Below are positions 11,701 to 25,052 of a stretch of 64,000 nucleotides of DNA, one piece after another. The number at the start of each line of letters is the position of its first letter. Position 1 is the stretch's first letter. The DNA is taken from contig NC_092673.1 of assembly GCF_964355755.1 (NCBI RefSeq), forward strand, positions 30,005,648-30,069,647, in the 5' to 3' direction. The position numbers were made by a program, and so were the translations under genes. The notes beneath the pieces are model-generated. The model had not been told where the DNA came from. It made no database searches and saw only the letters and a list, made by a program, of their open reading frames with translations. This DNA comes from Antedon mediterranea (Eukaryota > Animalia > Echinodermata).

Positions 11701-14700
11701 GTGTTTAGTCTCTGTATAGTATAGAATTTAGGAGAGATAAACGATGCCAAAGACCACCATCATCAAATGTTGTACTTCTAATACGGTATTAACATTGATG
11801 GTCTTGAATGATTGTAGCATTTTGCTAAGGTTTGCTTAAGAACTAAGTATCCGTCAATGAAGTCCATGTGTCTTCAAGAACAGTAACAGTGATGCTACCA
11901 TGGTTTTATGATTTTTTTAAAAATAAGACACAATTTTTCAATACACTGCATTTTTTGCTATTGATTTTTTTTTGTGGAGTTAAGTGCCTCCTCTAATTAT
12001 TACTTTTCTTTATTAGTAAAGGTAGGTTTGCAGACACCCCACCGTTGCCATACCACACCTTGAAACATTTTTTCTGTCATCTTTAGTATCCAGAATTGCA
12101 TCAAATTAATAATGTCACTTTTTATTTCATACCATATTTCACATAATATTTCACACACTGTAAAGATCGAGAATTTTTTAAAAAAACAGACAGGAGTGCT
12201 AACATATATTGAACAATTTTGTTTTAGCTGAGCATGTATTCCTAGCGCTTCCCTTTTATCAGGCCCTGACTGAGTTTAATAAATGATAAATTGCTTTTAA
12301 TCTTCTAGTTGTCACAGCATCCCCCTCGGAGCCTCTGTCTTGTCCTGATTTAATACATATGTATCTCATTTAGAATGATTTCAACATTAAGTACATTAGT
12401 TATACATCATTTAGTTTTTAGTTATTTTAATCCATCTTTTATGGTCATTCAAATCGGTATTTACAAATTGTATACTGTTTTTAAATGGCAGTGAATTCAA
12501 TCAAAATGTTCTTATAAAAACACTAAAATTTATGAATAGCGCCATCTCGCGTTCAATATTTTGAAGGTTAGGTTCTTTAAATTATTATCAGGGAGCTGAT
12601 ATTATAATATATCATGTAGTACTTAATATACTACTGTACTGTAAACAAATTAGGAGGAAATAATAATTACAAATTATGATATCGTCATTGTTCATTCATT
12701 TTACTAGTGCAGTTGCTTTAATGTTAATTTGTTTAATAATACATGATGGTTATTTTATGTGCGATATGTGAAATCATTAATGGGCTCCTTAAGTTGTTAA
12801 AGAAAAGGAAGGTGGCAAACTTTAATCCAGTAGCCTACATTTCATTGATAGCATTGAGTGATTAGATAAATTATGATATTCGAATTAAATTAGCATCCAT
12901 CTGTATTTGAAATAAACAATTTTATTTTACATGAAGCTGACGAATACATCTTAATATTAATCAAATGCAAGTGGATGAATTTTAGACAAAAACAAACACA
13001 TTAAACAGCCACAAACACAATAGAATGTTTTTAATATTTACTACGACTTGTCTTTTTAATGCAATGTTCAATGAACCTGTATACGTAAATTGACATTGTC
13101 GCATAATTGTTATAATTATTCGTAAAATGTGAGCTATATCCATTATAAATAGGTTTAACATACATCCATAAGCTATAAAAATTGACTGTAATATTTTGAT
13201 TGACGTATCCGTCCTTTGGATCGATCATCACGTCAGCACCGCGTCATCTCACATTATCATTATTTTTATGATAACTTTTTTTTTGCCTTTATTCTCTCGT
13301 CATCATCATTGCACCGCTCTTCTCGCATAGTCTTCGAACCACACGAAATGACTTAATAAATCGCATGAAAACCGGGATGAAAACATGTTGTACGTTCCAA
13401 ATTTGATTTTTTTTTGCAGTATCCGAGATCTCGTCTCCATAATGTAATTTTACCAAATTATAATTTCTTCCCCCAGAGCATACGCTAATTGAAACTACTC
13501 AAGAAGACCCGTAATGTTCCTCATTACTCAACCAGAATCAAAAGAGCAGGTTTCATTTATACGTATGTGTGTGGGTGAACTGTCCTTCACATGATAGCTT
13601 ACATAATTAAGATAAATCATCATGTTTTAACGACAGAAGGATCCATAACATATTAAACAGTAAATGAACCCATGACAATGTTCTACAATGAAACAACGTA
13701 TTACGTGACATCAAGATCAATGTAACTGATTGTGAGAAGCATGTGGTCAATGACGCCGGCATGAAGTAACACGTTTACGCGCGCGTAAATTATCCGCTGT
13801 ATTATCAACGTTTTAACGCGCGCGTTGTTTATTAAGTCAAATTCTTTTATCAGAATCCAAATGATCAGTAAAGTATAAATTAATGTTCTGTGTATTGTTA
13901 CTATTATTATTGTACTTTTTAAAAACGAACATTGTACTTATTTCACATTTTTTTCGCACTTCCCCCTTTTTGGAAAATGGTTACGTCGTGACTATATCGA
14001 CGAGAATTTGGAAACATATAAAGTTATAACAACCATACTTTTAATATTACTCTCTCCATTATTTTCATAATAGTATTTTTTCATGAGTTGTTACAATATG
14101 GTAAAACAAGAGCCTGTTTACACGGTCGATTAAACAATTGATTAATAGTTGTGTTAGACCAAATATACACTCTGTGTCCAGCTGATTCGCTGTGATACTG
14201 AAGAGCAAGTTACAGTATCATCTCATAGCGACCCATCAGTTAATCTAAATTTAAAAGAACATCATAATATTATATGGTGTATCCACAATATAACTAGCAG
14301 CATACAGTAAAAGGTCGTTTGACGAACATCCACTAATCGGTAACGGACCGCGTTATGGAAATCGGCTCGTGTCATCATCATCATTATCATGAACTGAAAT
14401 TCTGAATTTGCTGGGTGCTTGTTATGTGCAGAGACAATCTATCATTTGTTATATTAAAATCGTCGTTTGAATTACGATGTTCTATGCCGTCCCTGCAGCT
14501 GTACGTTCTAAGGCTAATTTAGGAAACGACTGGTCAACGCTGGCCTGGAGACCAAATCATACGAAAGAAGATCCGTTATTTACGAAGGTAAAAATATCAG
14601 AGTTTTTTTTTCATTTACAAATTATTTCTAAACGAAATAGAATATATTTTTCAACAAGATTTAATATCAATTGTCTACAAGGACATGTAGGGCCTAGCGT

Positions 14701-14810
14701 TAGGGAGATAAATACTAGAAATGATGTATGGAGGTCACAGTTTCCCCATGGAGGTGTATACCTCCAAAGCTTCCGCAATGTTGTGCGAACCCGGTTGCGA
14801 ACCGTCGTAA

Positions 14811-14958
14811 ATCCTTGTCTACACTATCAATCTTTATGTGTCAAAACAAAATGTGTTGTGTCCATATGTACACGATGATGTCATATCACTACCATATTTA
14901 AGCATCAATGCCATATATATATTTTTGACAAATAAAGTTTGATAGTGTAGACAAGGCT
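14811..14958. mobile_element. PIF/Harbinger-type MITE family B, copy 2
   Basis: CCTTGTCTACACTATCAA / TTGATAGTGTAGACAAGG TIRs, TAA on both sides. Confidence 0.8.
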
Positions 14959-16349
14959 TAACGTACCATTTCAGTTTTTAAACGCGCGTACGTACCATTT
15001 TATCAATACGCATGTACCATCAGTGTTTGAACGCACATTGTAGGCCTATAACATTGTTTAAACTGTGTAACAACATTTTAGCTCGCCCGTTAAATTATGA
15101 CTATATTCGTGGTATCGTATTGTGCCCTGTCTATCATGTTTATGTTTATTGTAAACATGATTTTTGAGTGACACTTGGCATGAAGCAAGATCATAGTAAT
15201 TCAGATAAACAGAAAGCGTATTGTATTCCCGTTTCAAATACTAAATCGGTATTAAATATGAAATAATCCATCATGGTACACACAGCTGATGTGTCTCAGG
15301 TACTGTCTTGACACAAAACAACTATCATTTTTATGCAGTAGATTTCCCATAACGTTCGTCCAGGAGGCCGAGATTGTTAATCAACAACTCTCTGGTTCGT
15401 CTTTGGAATGGGAACTTATAAACATGATTTTGTCGTCATCAACATCATTAATGTCATAGTTATTCAATCAAATCTTTTATTTCGGAATCTCTGGTCGATA
15501 GAAATTTAAATTACGTATCCATTAATTAAAGATAAACATATTGTTGACAAAATATTTAGACCTGTTACGACTTACATGATAATTGATATGAAACAAATAG
15601 AATGCACACTGATTATCATCATTATCATGAGAGCGTGGAGGGGATAAAAACAAGTCGCACTCAATATTAATTTGATTATCATTGTTTAATAGATGTTAAT
15701 GATGTGTTATAGCAAAAGGCTATTTATTAGGTGATGACTTGCACAATAATAAATAATTTTATATGATATTGATATCGGTAAAAAAAAGTGGTGGGTTGCA
15801 GAGAAAGGCAAACCTTGAACAGGTTCGACAACCGATCGTGAACTTTTAACAAATTACTTTAGTTCAAATAAAACATAAAAACAGTTTCCAAGAATCAATA
15901 AAAGCAACTTACATTAGCATTACATTAATGACAAGTGTACTACAACATCTCCACGTACGTCATTTCCATCAATTTCATGTTTCGTTTTCAATTTTAATTA
16001 ATTAAATTATGAAAAATATTTATCAATAAAAACAAGCGCACACACATTATATATACACATTGAGCGGCATTTATTTAAGCATTCCAAAAATAGTGACATA
16101 CACGCACAATTTTCGTTTTAATCTATCGTATAATTATGTAAAAAAATTAAATAAGGGTTAGTGTTAGAGACGAACAAAAAAACTATGTATAAACTTAATA
16201 TGATAAATAGAGTAGGATAAATGAACGATTCATAGATTAATGTAATGAACATTTTTTGGATTGAAATTAATGAATGAATGAAAGGTATATCTAATTTAAA
16301 ATAGCATTTCGGCTTCGCTGTGTTGCGGATAACAAATCGAATCATATTA

Positions 16350-17030
16350 TTTGTTAAAATATTAGTAAGCTAGGGAGTCGACTTGCGCTGCTATGCCGCC
16401 ATACTGAAATGACCCAACCTAATGCAAAAAAAGAAGATCGGGGAAGGGCAATGTCGTGTGCTTTGACCGATTCAGGAGAAATATTTGAGATTCTAGAAGA
16501 CTTTTTTTGGTTGGGTAGGTAATTAACTATTTTGTCTATAATGTGCCAATGTATATAATATTGTAACATACGTTTTAAAATCTGAAAAAGCAGCAACTTT
16601 ACAACTGTACATCGAATGTGGTCAGCATAGCTAAGCCATGTTGTAAGCGACCCATTATCCATGTAGGCTAGCTAGGCATAATGTCCACTTGGTTTTTTGG
16701 GTGGCCTTGTATGTGACCCGACATGAACTTGCACGCATTAGGCTTATGAAGATGGTGGTGTTCAAGGCCATTGCAGAAGCCGTGTTTTTTTGTTGGTATT
16801 TCGACTCTATTTAGCCTTTTGTTTGCATTTATAACATGCATTTTACAGAAATTAAAAGTTAAATTTGCTTTGCATACATAGCAGAGGAGTGAGTATTTAA
16901 ATCATTAATGTAGGCCTAGGCCTAATTTAAATGTATTGTGTTCTGCATGATGATATGAAAAGGTTGTATGTATAGCCTAGTGTAGGGCCTGGGCCTACTA
17001 AGCCTAATTAATATGATGTAGGCCTACTGT
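16350..17030 (+). promoter_or_regulatory. Candidate promoter/first-exon region (CpG-retaining island)
   Basis: Locally CpG/GC-enriched. Donor-like GG|GTAGGT or AG|GTAATT near 16515-16524, followed by a TAGGCCTA cluster like those flanking the MMS19/UBTD first exons. Confidence 0.35.
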
Positions 17031-18227
17031 ACTGTTGCAAAGAATTTAGACCTAGAATGTGGAGAAACTATAGAAATAATTATATTATACTGTAATTAAG
17101 TTAAGTATGTACATTAGCAATTTCCAACTATATAAATACTTAATAAATAGGGTAGACTAGATAGACATGTATGTAGAGGAGGCCTACATAAAATATTCCA
17201 CCAAATAAAAACACATTGTACGAAAACGGTTGTCAGATGTTCCAACGTAGACAGAAAATGGTGAAAAATCTCGGGCGAAACTATAACATTTAATTGAAAT
17301 ATACCTCCTGTTTATGTCATCAACATTATTTTATTTTCGTCTTTGAAGGCATTGTTTCTGAAAAACAAAAAGAGAGAAGTATGTTACAAAAAAAAATGTT
17401 ATTATTTTTAAAATAAAGTACAAAATGTTGTTATAAAAATTCCAGTTACATGACTGAATGGAGACTTGCTTTTGATCCTGAATTATTCAAGGACAAGTTT
17501 GAATTTTAATAGTTTTATTTCATAATTTTCAAAAAAGAAAAAATAAAAGTTTACAGAGCAAATACAATACCGGTGGTAACTCTATAGGTAACGAATATCA
17601 AAGGTGAGAAAAAGTTGTAAAAAGAAAAACATTCTCTACTGTATGCAGTGACATGAACTTTCCGCAACTTTAGCTATTTTAATCAATTTTAATAGATCTC
17701 GTAAATCACATGACTTTGTTGAGGTGGCAGTACCCCCTAAATTTTTGTTAAAAAACATTTTCTGAAAGTATTCATGTTTACACACCAGACTGTAGCAGAT
17801 GAATGGTTACAAAAAGTACATCTCCCTCCCCATCTTATGAGCCTTGTAATGTAATGTTGTTCGGTTTATATAGCGCTTATAAAATCAAAAGATTGTCCCA
17901 AAGCACTGAGACTGAGAGAAAAAACAAAAAGAAATTACAAAGAAAAAAGATGGGTTTTGAAAACTATGATAGCGGATGCATTTTAATAGGATCTTAACTT
18001 TCACTGGAGTATTTAATGTTGGAGTGGGTCAAACTTAAAGTCTGACATCCACATACAGTAACTGAACTCCTTTTTTCATTGTATATGTATGCAAGTTTAT
18101 CTATTAACTAACTAGTTTATCATTATGTTAAATTGTATTAATATATGTTGTTACAGTATGTATTGTGGAAATAAATAAAAATAGAAAAAGAATATAAAAA
18201 TAGATCCAATTTGTACTTTATTTGCAC

Positions 18228-18248
18228 CATAGAGATATTATCTCTATG
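18228..18248. mobile_element. 21-bp palindromic insertion with 7-bp target duplication (P-element-type footprint)
   Basis: TTTGCAC | CATAGAGATA T TATCTCTATG | TTTGCAC. Confidence 0.7.
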
Positions 18249-19104
18249 TTTGCACTCAATGCTGCCTTACAAGAAATGAACAGTAATGTTCTTCAGAATT
18301 TGTTTATTTAAAACAAATGTACAATACAGTACAGTACACACCAAATAAATATTTTTAAATAAATGCATGATAAAAAGTGCTATTCCATACCAGTAGTTCA
18401 ATTCTTGCAATGTTTTCATAATATTATGGATAACAATTAAATACATGTGACTATAATTTCAGCATCTACAATGCCTATGTTTAACAACAAAGGCAACTTA
18501 TGGGTGGTTTATATAGCAAGTATAGATTACAAGTGGCCATAATATATCTGTAGTAGTTCACCTAATATTTCAAAACAAAAAGCTGATTAGACTACTGTAT
18601 CAATTGATGGTAGGTGCTAAGGTCAACCCTGCTGTAGCAGAATTTGTGGTTATATCTGTCTAGGTTTTTAATTACCTTCTTTTCCTATAATACTGACCTA
18701 ATACACACTTGCACAAATTCTCAACATTTTTCAAATATTATTATAAATTTGCTTAATAAATCTTGGGTAATCAGTTTTTTAATGAATATTTTTTGTAAAA
18801 TACCAACAGTGACAAATTCACTGAAGTTCAAATCATGATGTCTTGAGACATACTTTTCTGCCAACCCCATGATTCAGGTCGGAGATGTTTAGCTAAGTAC
18901 AGTAAGACTAGAGTTTGATGTACCCTGCTCTGTAGGCTAGTAATTACTGTAAGTAAATTTGACTTTGTGTATGAATACCTATTGTTATAAGATTAGTCTA
19001 GTGGGTTGTCCCCTGATTAGGCATTTTCCAAATGAGGTGTTCAAATGTTATCTAAATTATATTATATTGTTTGAAGATTTGAATGGGGAAATCAATAATA
19101 TGTT

Positions 19105-19215
19105 GTAGTAGAATAAAGTTTTCGGCACACCACCATGTACAGTGTACAGTAGTTCTGAAAAGAACCGTTTCGATCAATATACTTCAATCGTCCTCAGAAG
19201 TGAGAATGCAAGACT
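19105..19215 (-). mobile_element. Penelope-like remnant with degenerate hammerhead motif
   Basis: The - strand reads CTGAGGA-C-GATTGA(AGTATA)TTGATC-GAAA-C at 19197-19167. Stem III and the cleavage triplet are damaged. Confidence 0.45.
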
Positions 19216-19734
19216 GTTTGTCTAAATTAGTTTCTTAGGCTAAAAAAATAAGAATGATTGTCATGTACTAAATAATGTGATGCATACATTATGTAATGCA
19301 AACATTTGTCAATTTTTTACATTAAAAAATAACATAAACATACATTCTTCTCATTTCTATAGATTTTGGAATGTACATTTTAAAAATATTTCTTAATTGG
19401 CAGTGTTTATGACCGTACTGTGTAGAGGCTGAAGAATTTTGTGTGCTAGCTAACATGTTATATTGTGACTGGGTAACTTCCTTCCCATTCAAATAAGTAG
19501 ATCCACTAATAAAATATAACAAGGTCTGTGCATTCACGAAGCACTGAACTGAATCATCATGGCAGTATTCATTCTGACCATTATAGGTCTAATTTGGCTC
19601 TGATGACGACAGTTTACTAACTGTTGTTTTACATACTGTACATAAATGACCAATTTTGTTGATATGATAGCTAAGAAGTGAGAATCTTGTCTATGGTGAG
19701 TTAACATTATTAATATTGTAGCATTATACTTTAT

Positions 19735-19960
19735 TAGTATTATTATTATTATTATCAAAATTTATAAATCGTCAATTCAAAGACCAAGGTACAAAATATA
19801 AATAAGGCAACAGAAGAGCAGTGTTTAATTTGTGGGGGGAATGAATTCCAGAAGTGTGGGCGCTGCAAAAGAAAACGATTTATGACCAAAGGTTTTAGTA
19901 GCTATGCGTGGAACAGAGAGTAAAAAAATCATCAGATAATCTAAGAGTCCGTCCAGCATT
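19735..19960 (-). mobile_element. L2-clade LINE 3' fragment
   Basis: The reverse strand translates (with frameshifts) to RTLRLSDDF.LSVPRIATKTFGHKSFSFAAPT.WNS.P, the typical L2 ORF2 C-terminus, followed by an (ATA)n tail. Confidence 0.7.
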
Positions 19961-20505
19961 CAATTTCAAATGTTCTAAAAACTTATTATTTTACCAGTTT
20001 TATTTGTTTTTAAATGTATTGTATTTTGATAAATAATTCTATGTAGTTTACTGTAAGTTCTTTTGAAGTCAACAGACATATCATGTTATGGTGACTTCGT
20101 TGCTTTTGGGGTCCTAGAACATTTTTCATGCCGAATAAATAAATGAAATGAAAATTAACTGTTTGTTTAAAATGTTTTAATAATGCATTAATAGGTATCA
20201 AAGTTGATTAAACCTTTTACTGTGCTATATTATACCTACATAATTGTCTTGTATATTAATATCTAAATGCAAATTAATCATATTCATGTTATTGCAATCT
20301 TCTATGTTATTGCAATCTTCTAAGTTATTGTACTGTAAAAACTAATTACTTATTACTGATAATACATTAATTAGCATTTACAGTAGTACAATAGAGGGTC
20401 TACCCTGCTGTATGCGGCATTCATAAACCATGGTATTAAAATTGTTTTTCTTTTTCATTCTATGGCCCACTCATTTTTACAGAAGTATTATTTTCTAATG
20501 ATAAT

Positions 20506-21358
20506 AGAGAGAAATGGCGAACCGGCGTCTAAAATCCGAGTGGGTATAAAATCATAACAAACCGTTGAGGGCGGCACATTTCCTATGTTTATACACGGGA
20601 ATATGGCGTCGTCTAACCAATGTTGTTGCTGTAACGCTCATAATTCTTGTTATGTATAAAAGTCATCCATCATTCATAATCATATTCCTAAAAATATCTC
20701 ATATCTGTAGGTCTACATTAGACTAGGCCTATAATATTATAGTAGAATGGTGTTATCAAGTATTCATTACTGGCGATAGCCCCCTGCAGGAAGGAAGCAT
20801 CACTAGCCACATAACAAAATGGCAGTTGTCAAGCTGAAACTAATGCTAGGCCTACATCTACTAGAGATGCTCTATTTAGTCTTACTACCTAGCTATGCTA
20901 GGAGAGGCTTAGCAGCACCCTAGCTAAAGTAGTAGTAGTAGTAGTACAGTATGCAATAACGAATTTCCAATATTATTATTATTATGATTATTATTATTAT
21001 TATTATAATAACCGATAATCCGTGCTAGGCTCGAGTACTCGAGGTACTACAGCATATACAGGCCAACTATCTAGGGCCTAGAGCTGGGTACAGTATATAA
21101 CAAAAACGCGTCTTAATTCAATCCAAATTAAAATAAAATATGTTAAGATTTGCCCATATAACATTAAAATCGTTAAGGGGTTGCAAAAAAAAAAAGATAC
21201 TGCTATTATGTGTGTTTTAAACGTTCTTTTCTACCTACTTTTTTAACTCAACCCATCGGAATTTCCCATACAAAAACATGTGGCGAAATGGTTTGTTTAC
21301 AATCTATACCCACTCGGTGAAATTTGAGTGACGTCATCGCGGTTCGCCATTTCTCTCT
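20506..21358. mobile_element. Non-autonomous DNA transposon (ISL2EU/Harbinger-like, AT TSD)
   Basis: TIR AGAGAGAAATGGCGAACCG / CGGTTCGCCATTTCTCTCT plus inverted CCGAGTGGGTATA / TATACCCACTCGG, flanked by AT on both sides. Confidence 0.75.
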
Positions 21359-23913
21359 ATTGACAGCTACAGGAGTGTTACTGAATACAGTACTGATGCT
21401 TTGGTCCATCATTATATTATATAACAATAGACATTCTTCTTTTGGCTATTATGATTACATTAAAGAATATTCTAATGTATCATATTCCAGAAAGCACTCA
21501 AAGATCATGAAACATTTTTTGAGGCTCTAAATGTTTAATATGTTTCTAGTCAATATACTTGTTTGTACACATAGTTTTTGCTGTTCAAGTCAGAATTATA
21601 AAAAATTAATATAATAAATTGTACGTATAGAACAGGAAAGCGCTAACAATTAATAATATTAAGAATAGTCAATTGTATTTAACTCCCTGACACAAAGCTA
21701 CTCCACAGTAGTCAAATACAACTACAACCCTGTTGGTGCAGTACCCGCTGCTTACTTGGTCTCGAATCTAACCCACTAGCCATCAGCGCAAGCTTTCGCC
21801 AGGCTACTTTTTTCTGAAGTATTCTCAAATGTACTTGGTATTTAAGTACAAATTACGTCAGTGTAGGGCAAAACATGACCAAGAATAGATTTCATAATTT
21901 ACTTTCAGCTGTCAAAAGGGGGAGGAGTTTGTTCCTCAAATGCTACCACGTGTATCAGCTGCTTTATAGTGTAATGTAAAATGATGTTCTTCTACATCAT
22001 ACACTGTAATTTATTTAGTTCGGTAACATACAGTAAACTATGAAGTTCATTTAGCGGACACATAATATAGCCTACCTTGCCACGTTTGTAAGGAAATCAT
22101 ATACCAGCTGCTAAAAAACTTACTCACGAACATGGTTGGCTACGAGCACAATCAGGAACTATTATGATTAACATTAAAATATAATGTATCATATTACAGA
22201 AAGTACAGTTTATGAAAGGTCATAAAGATTTGTTGATGCTTAAACATTTTTTTAAAGTTTTAAATTAATATATTTTTGTACGGGTCCTTTAATTTTGGCT
22301 TTCATTCAATACATACAAAAAAAAGGATAATCTATTGATAATGACACTATACTTCTTCAAATGCCAAGGTATTATACAATGTTGGGTATTAATACAGTAT
22401 TCTTTATTATTTCTATTGCTAGACAGATTATTGTTTTTGTTGTTATTCAAAATATATTAAACGATTCCTAATATTGCAGGATTTAGGCTACTGTAATTTG
22501 CTATGAAATAATCTGTCATTAAACGTCCTAATGAATAGATTTAAAAGGTTTAATGTAAGTATATGTTGACTTTATCTTGTTTGTTTAAAAAACAGGATAT
22601 AGATATAAAAAAAAATTGTGAAGAATTTTTCATGTAAAATTATCTTGTTTGTTTATAATAAATCTACTACAACTATTTAGGCAAATATTGTGTTTTCTTT
22701 CTATTTGAATGAAAATTAGAAAAAGTTTTTTTAGATTTTGTGTTTTAATACTTCTACAGCAATTAGATTTTTTTGAGAATGCCATTTTAACTCACCGGTA
22801 TTTATGTTTCATTTTTTTACAATTTTGTTTTGAAAAAATGGACATAATTTTTTTTAAACAATTTAACACAGAGCAGAATGCTAAATACCAAAAAATGTTA
22901 ATAATTCAAAATAGTTCAAATGAGGAAATAAGACTCTTTTCCTTCTTCCATGTTTACTTAGATTTAATTAACTGCTAATTAACTCCACTAATGATGTTAT
23001 CATTTGACCCTCACATTGATAACAATTTATTCAAATAAATAATTATTACCTGTATGACAGATTGAAATCTATGTCGTTCTTGACTGTTTAAATTATAGAT
23101 TTTTTTCTTAAAGGATAATATTTTAAAATGGATTTATTTGAAATTTGTACCAATCAACATTTTATGTTCAATAAAGGAAAAATGAATTGTACAGAGTGAA
23201 TATTTAATTTAAAAATTATATTCTTTAGTGGCTCCTTCTCATTTACAAACATATTTTACATGGATAGCATATACATTTTTGTTCTGATTGTTCTAATAGA
23301 CCAAGGGTATTAACTATGAAATTTGGGGAAAATTAAGGAGATCATACACTTACTCAAATATGATAAAATACTGGATACCAACCTCTTGTGTCAGAATTTA
23401 GCATAATTTAGTGGTGGAATTGTACACTCAATCTTACAGGTTACAAACTGTTGATTGAACTTTACTGGGATAATTAATAGTCAGTATAAAAAAAAAAAAA
23501 CCTAATGTTTGAATTGTGAGTAAAAACCTCAATAAGTTCATAAAAAGCTCTTAATAATCATCATCATCAGTATTAAAGTTCATTGTGTATTTAAAAAATA
23601 TAAACAGTGTATTTTATTTTAAAGTTTGTAATTCTTTTTGCCAAATAAACTTAATTTGAACTTCAAGGCCACAATAGTTGATTTTAAGTTCATGAATAAT
23701 AGATCGCAGTGAATGGAGTTAAGTACATACTTGTTCTAATTATTTAATGATTCACATTCATGTTAAAAGTACATTACTCCCTCTTGAAAATAAGATTATT
23801 GCTTTATCTTCTGGTGTGAGCACAATTCCCATAGTAAGACATCCTAATCGGAAGTGAATTGACAGCTTGATAGTGATCCTTTGCAACACATGAATATTGC
23901 ATCAAAACATTTT

Positions 23914-24250
23914 GAATGGGAGTTGTGGGATTTAAGGAATAGACATTGGGATTAAGGACATCTCACTGATCCCATGTCTTGGTGCAACTAATCCCCTGTG
24001 AATGGGAGTAGTAGGCTTTGAGGAACAGATATTGGGATTAATGATGTATCACTGATTCCAGGTCTTGGTGCAGCTAATCCCCTGTGAATGGGAGTTGTGG
24101 GATTTGAGGAACAGATATTAAGATTAGTGACGTTTCACTGATCCCATGTCACTCTCAGTGTAGCTAATCCCCTGTGAATGGGAGTTGTGCCTTGTATGCA
24201 CTATAAAGAACCCATTGCATCTTGTGGAAGAGTTCCCTCGGTGTACTGGT
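23914..24250 (+). repeat. ~86-bp tandem repeat (3 copies) fused to a Deu-domain-like SINE fragment
   Basis: Unit GAATGGGAGTTGTGGGATTT...CACTGATCCCATGTCTTGGTGCAACTAATCCCCTGT, followed by GCACTATAAAGAACCC...CGGTGTACTGG. Confidence 0.75.
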
Positions 24251-25052
24251 TCATATCTCAACCCTTGTCGTTTTGGTGAATGGCTATTATCAAATGACTA
24301 TTCCATCTTTGTACCTTATTCTACAGCAACCGTGTGTATTGTTCAGGTTTAAAGGTTAATAAAAGATTAATACATACAGTAATACCAGAATCTTTTTCAA
24401 GTGCATTGTTGTCAAAATGAGATTGCAAAACCACATCAAGATAGTGATCATTAATGTCATGGTTTATTGGCCTGTTGTTGCCTTTGTCATTTCAAAAGGT
24501 TATCATTATCCTTTAGTTGTTTGGCAAATAGCTTTGTGGGTGATTTGAACATGTTTGTTTAATTATGAAACATGAAAAGAGAACATTCAAGCGAGTTTTT
24601 TTGTTTCTGAATCTAGATCACATATTCCCAGTGGTACAACATTGTCTCCAACTAGGTCACATAACTGCTTGACAATTGCTGCTCTACTACTAACATCAAT
24701 TTTACTCAAAATAGATTGCTGCTTAACTAGGATTTTTTTAGGTAAATATCAAAGTTCCCTGAAAGGCCAATATGATAAATGGTTGTTGGTTGCTATAGAC
24801 ATTTTTATCTGAAAAATACTTTGTATAACAAATAATTTTGATTTTGAAAGCTAAATTAAATAATACATGGTTTGAAATTATTTTTGTTTGTTCAAAGTTA
24901 AAAATGAATGTTATCAAATTGTTTTATAATTTTGTAGATTTGGATTTATTTGGAAAATTGTAAATTTGATTGATATAGAAATGAATTAAATGTGAAAATT
25001 AAACTACAGTACAGTTTGTTTCATAATGTTTTGTAGACATAATTTCATAGTC

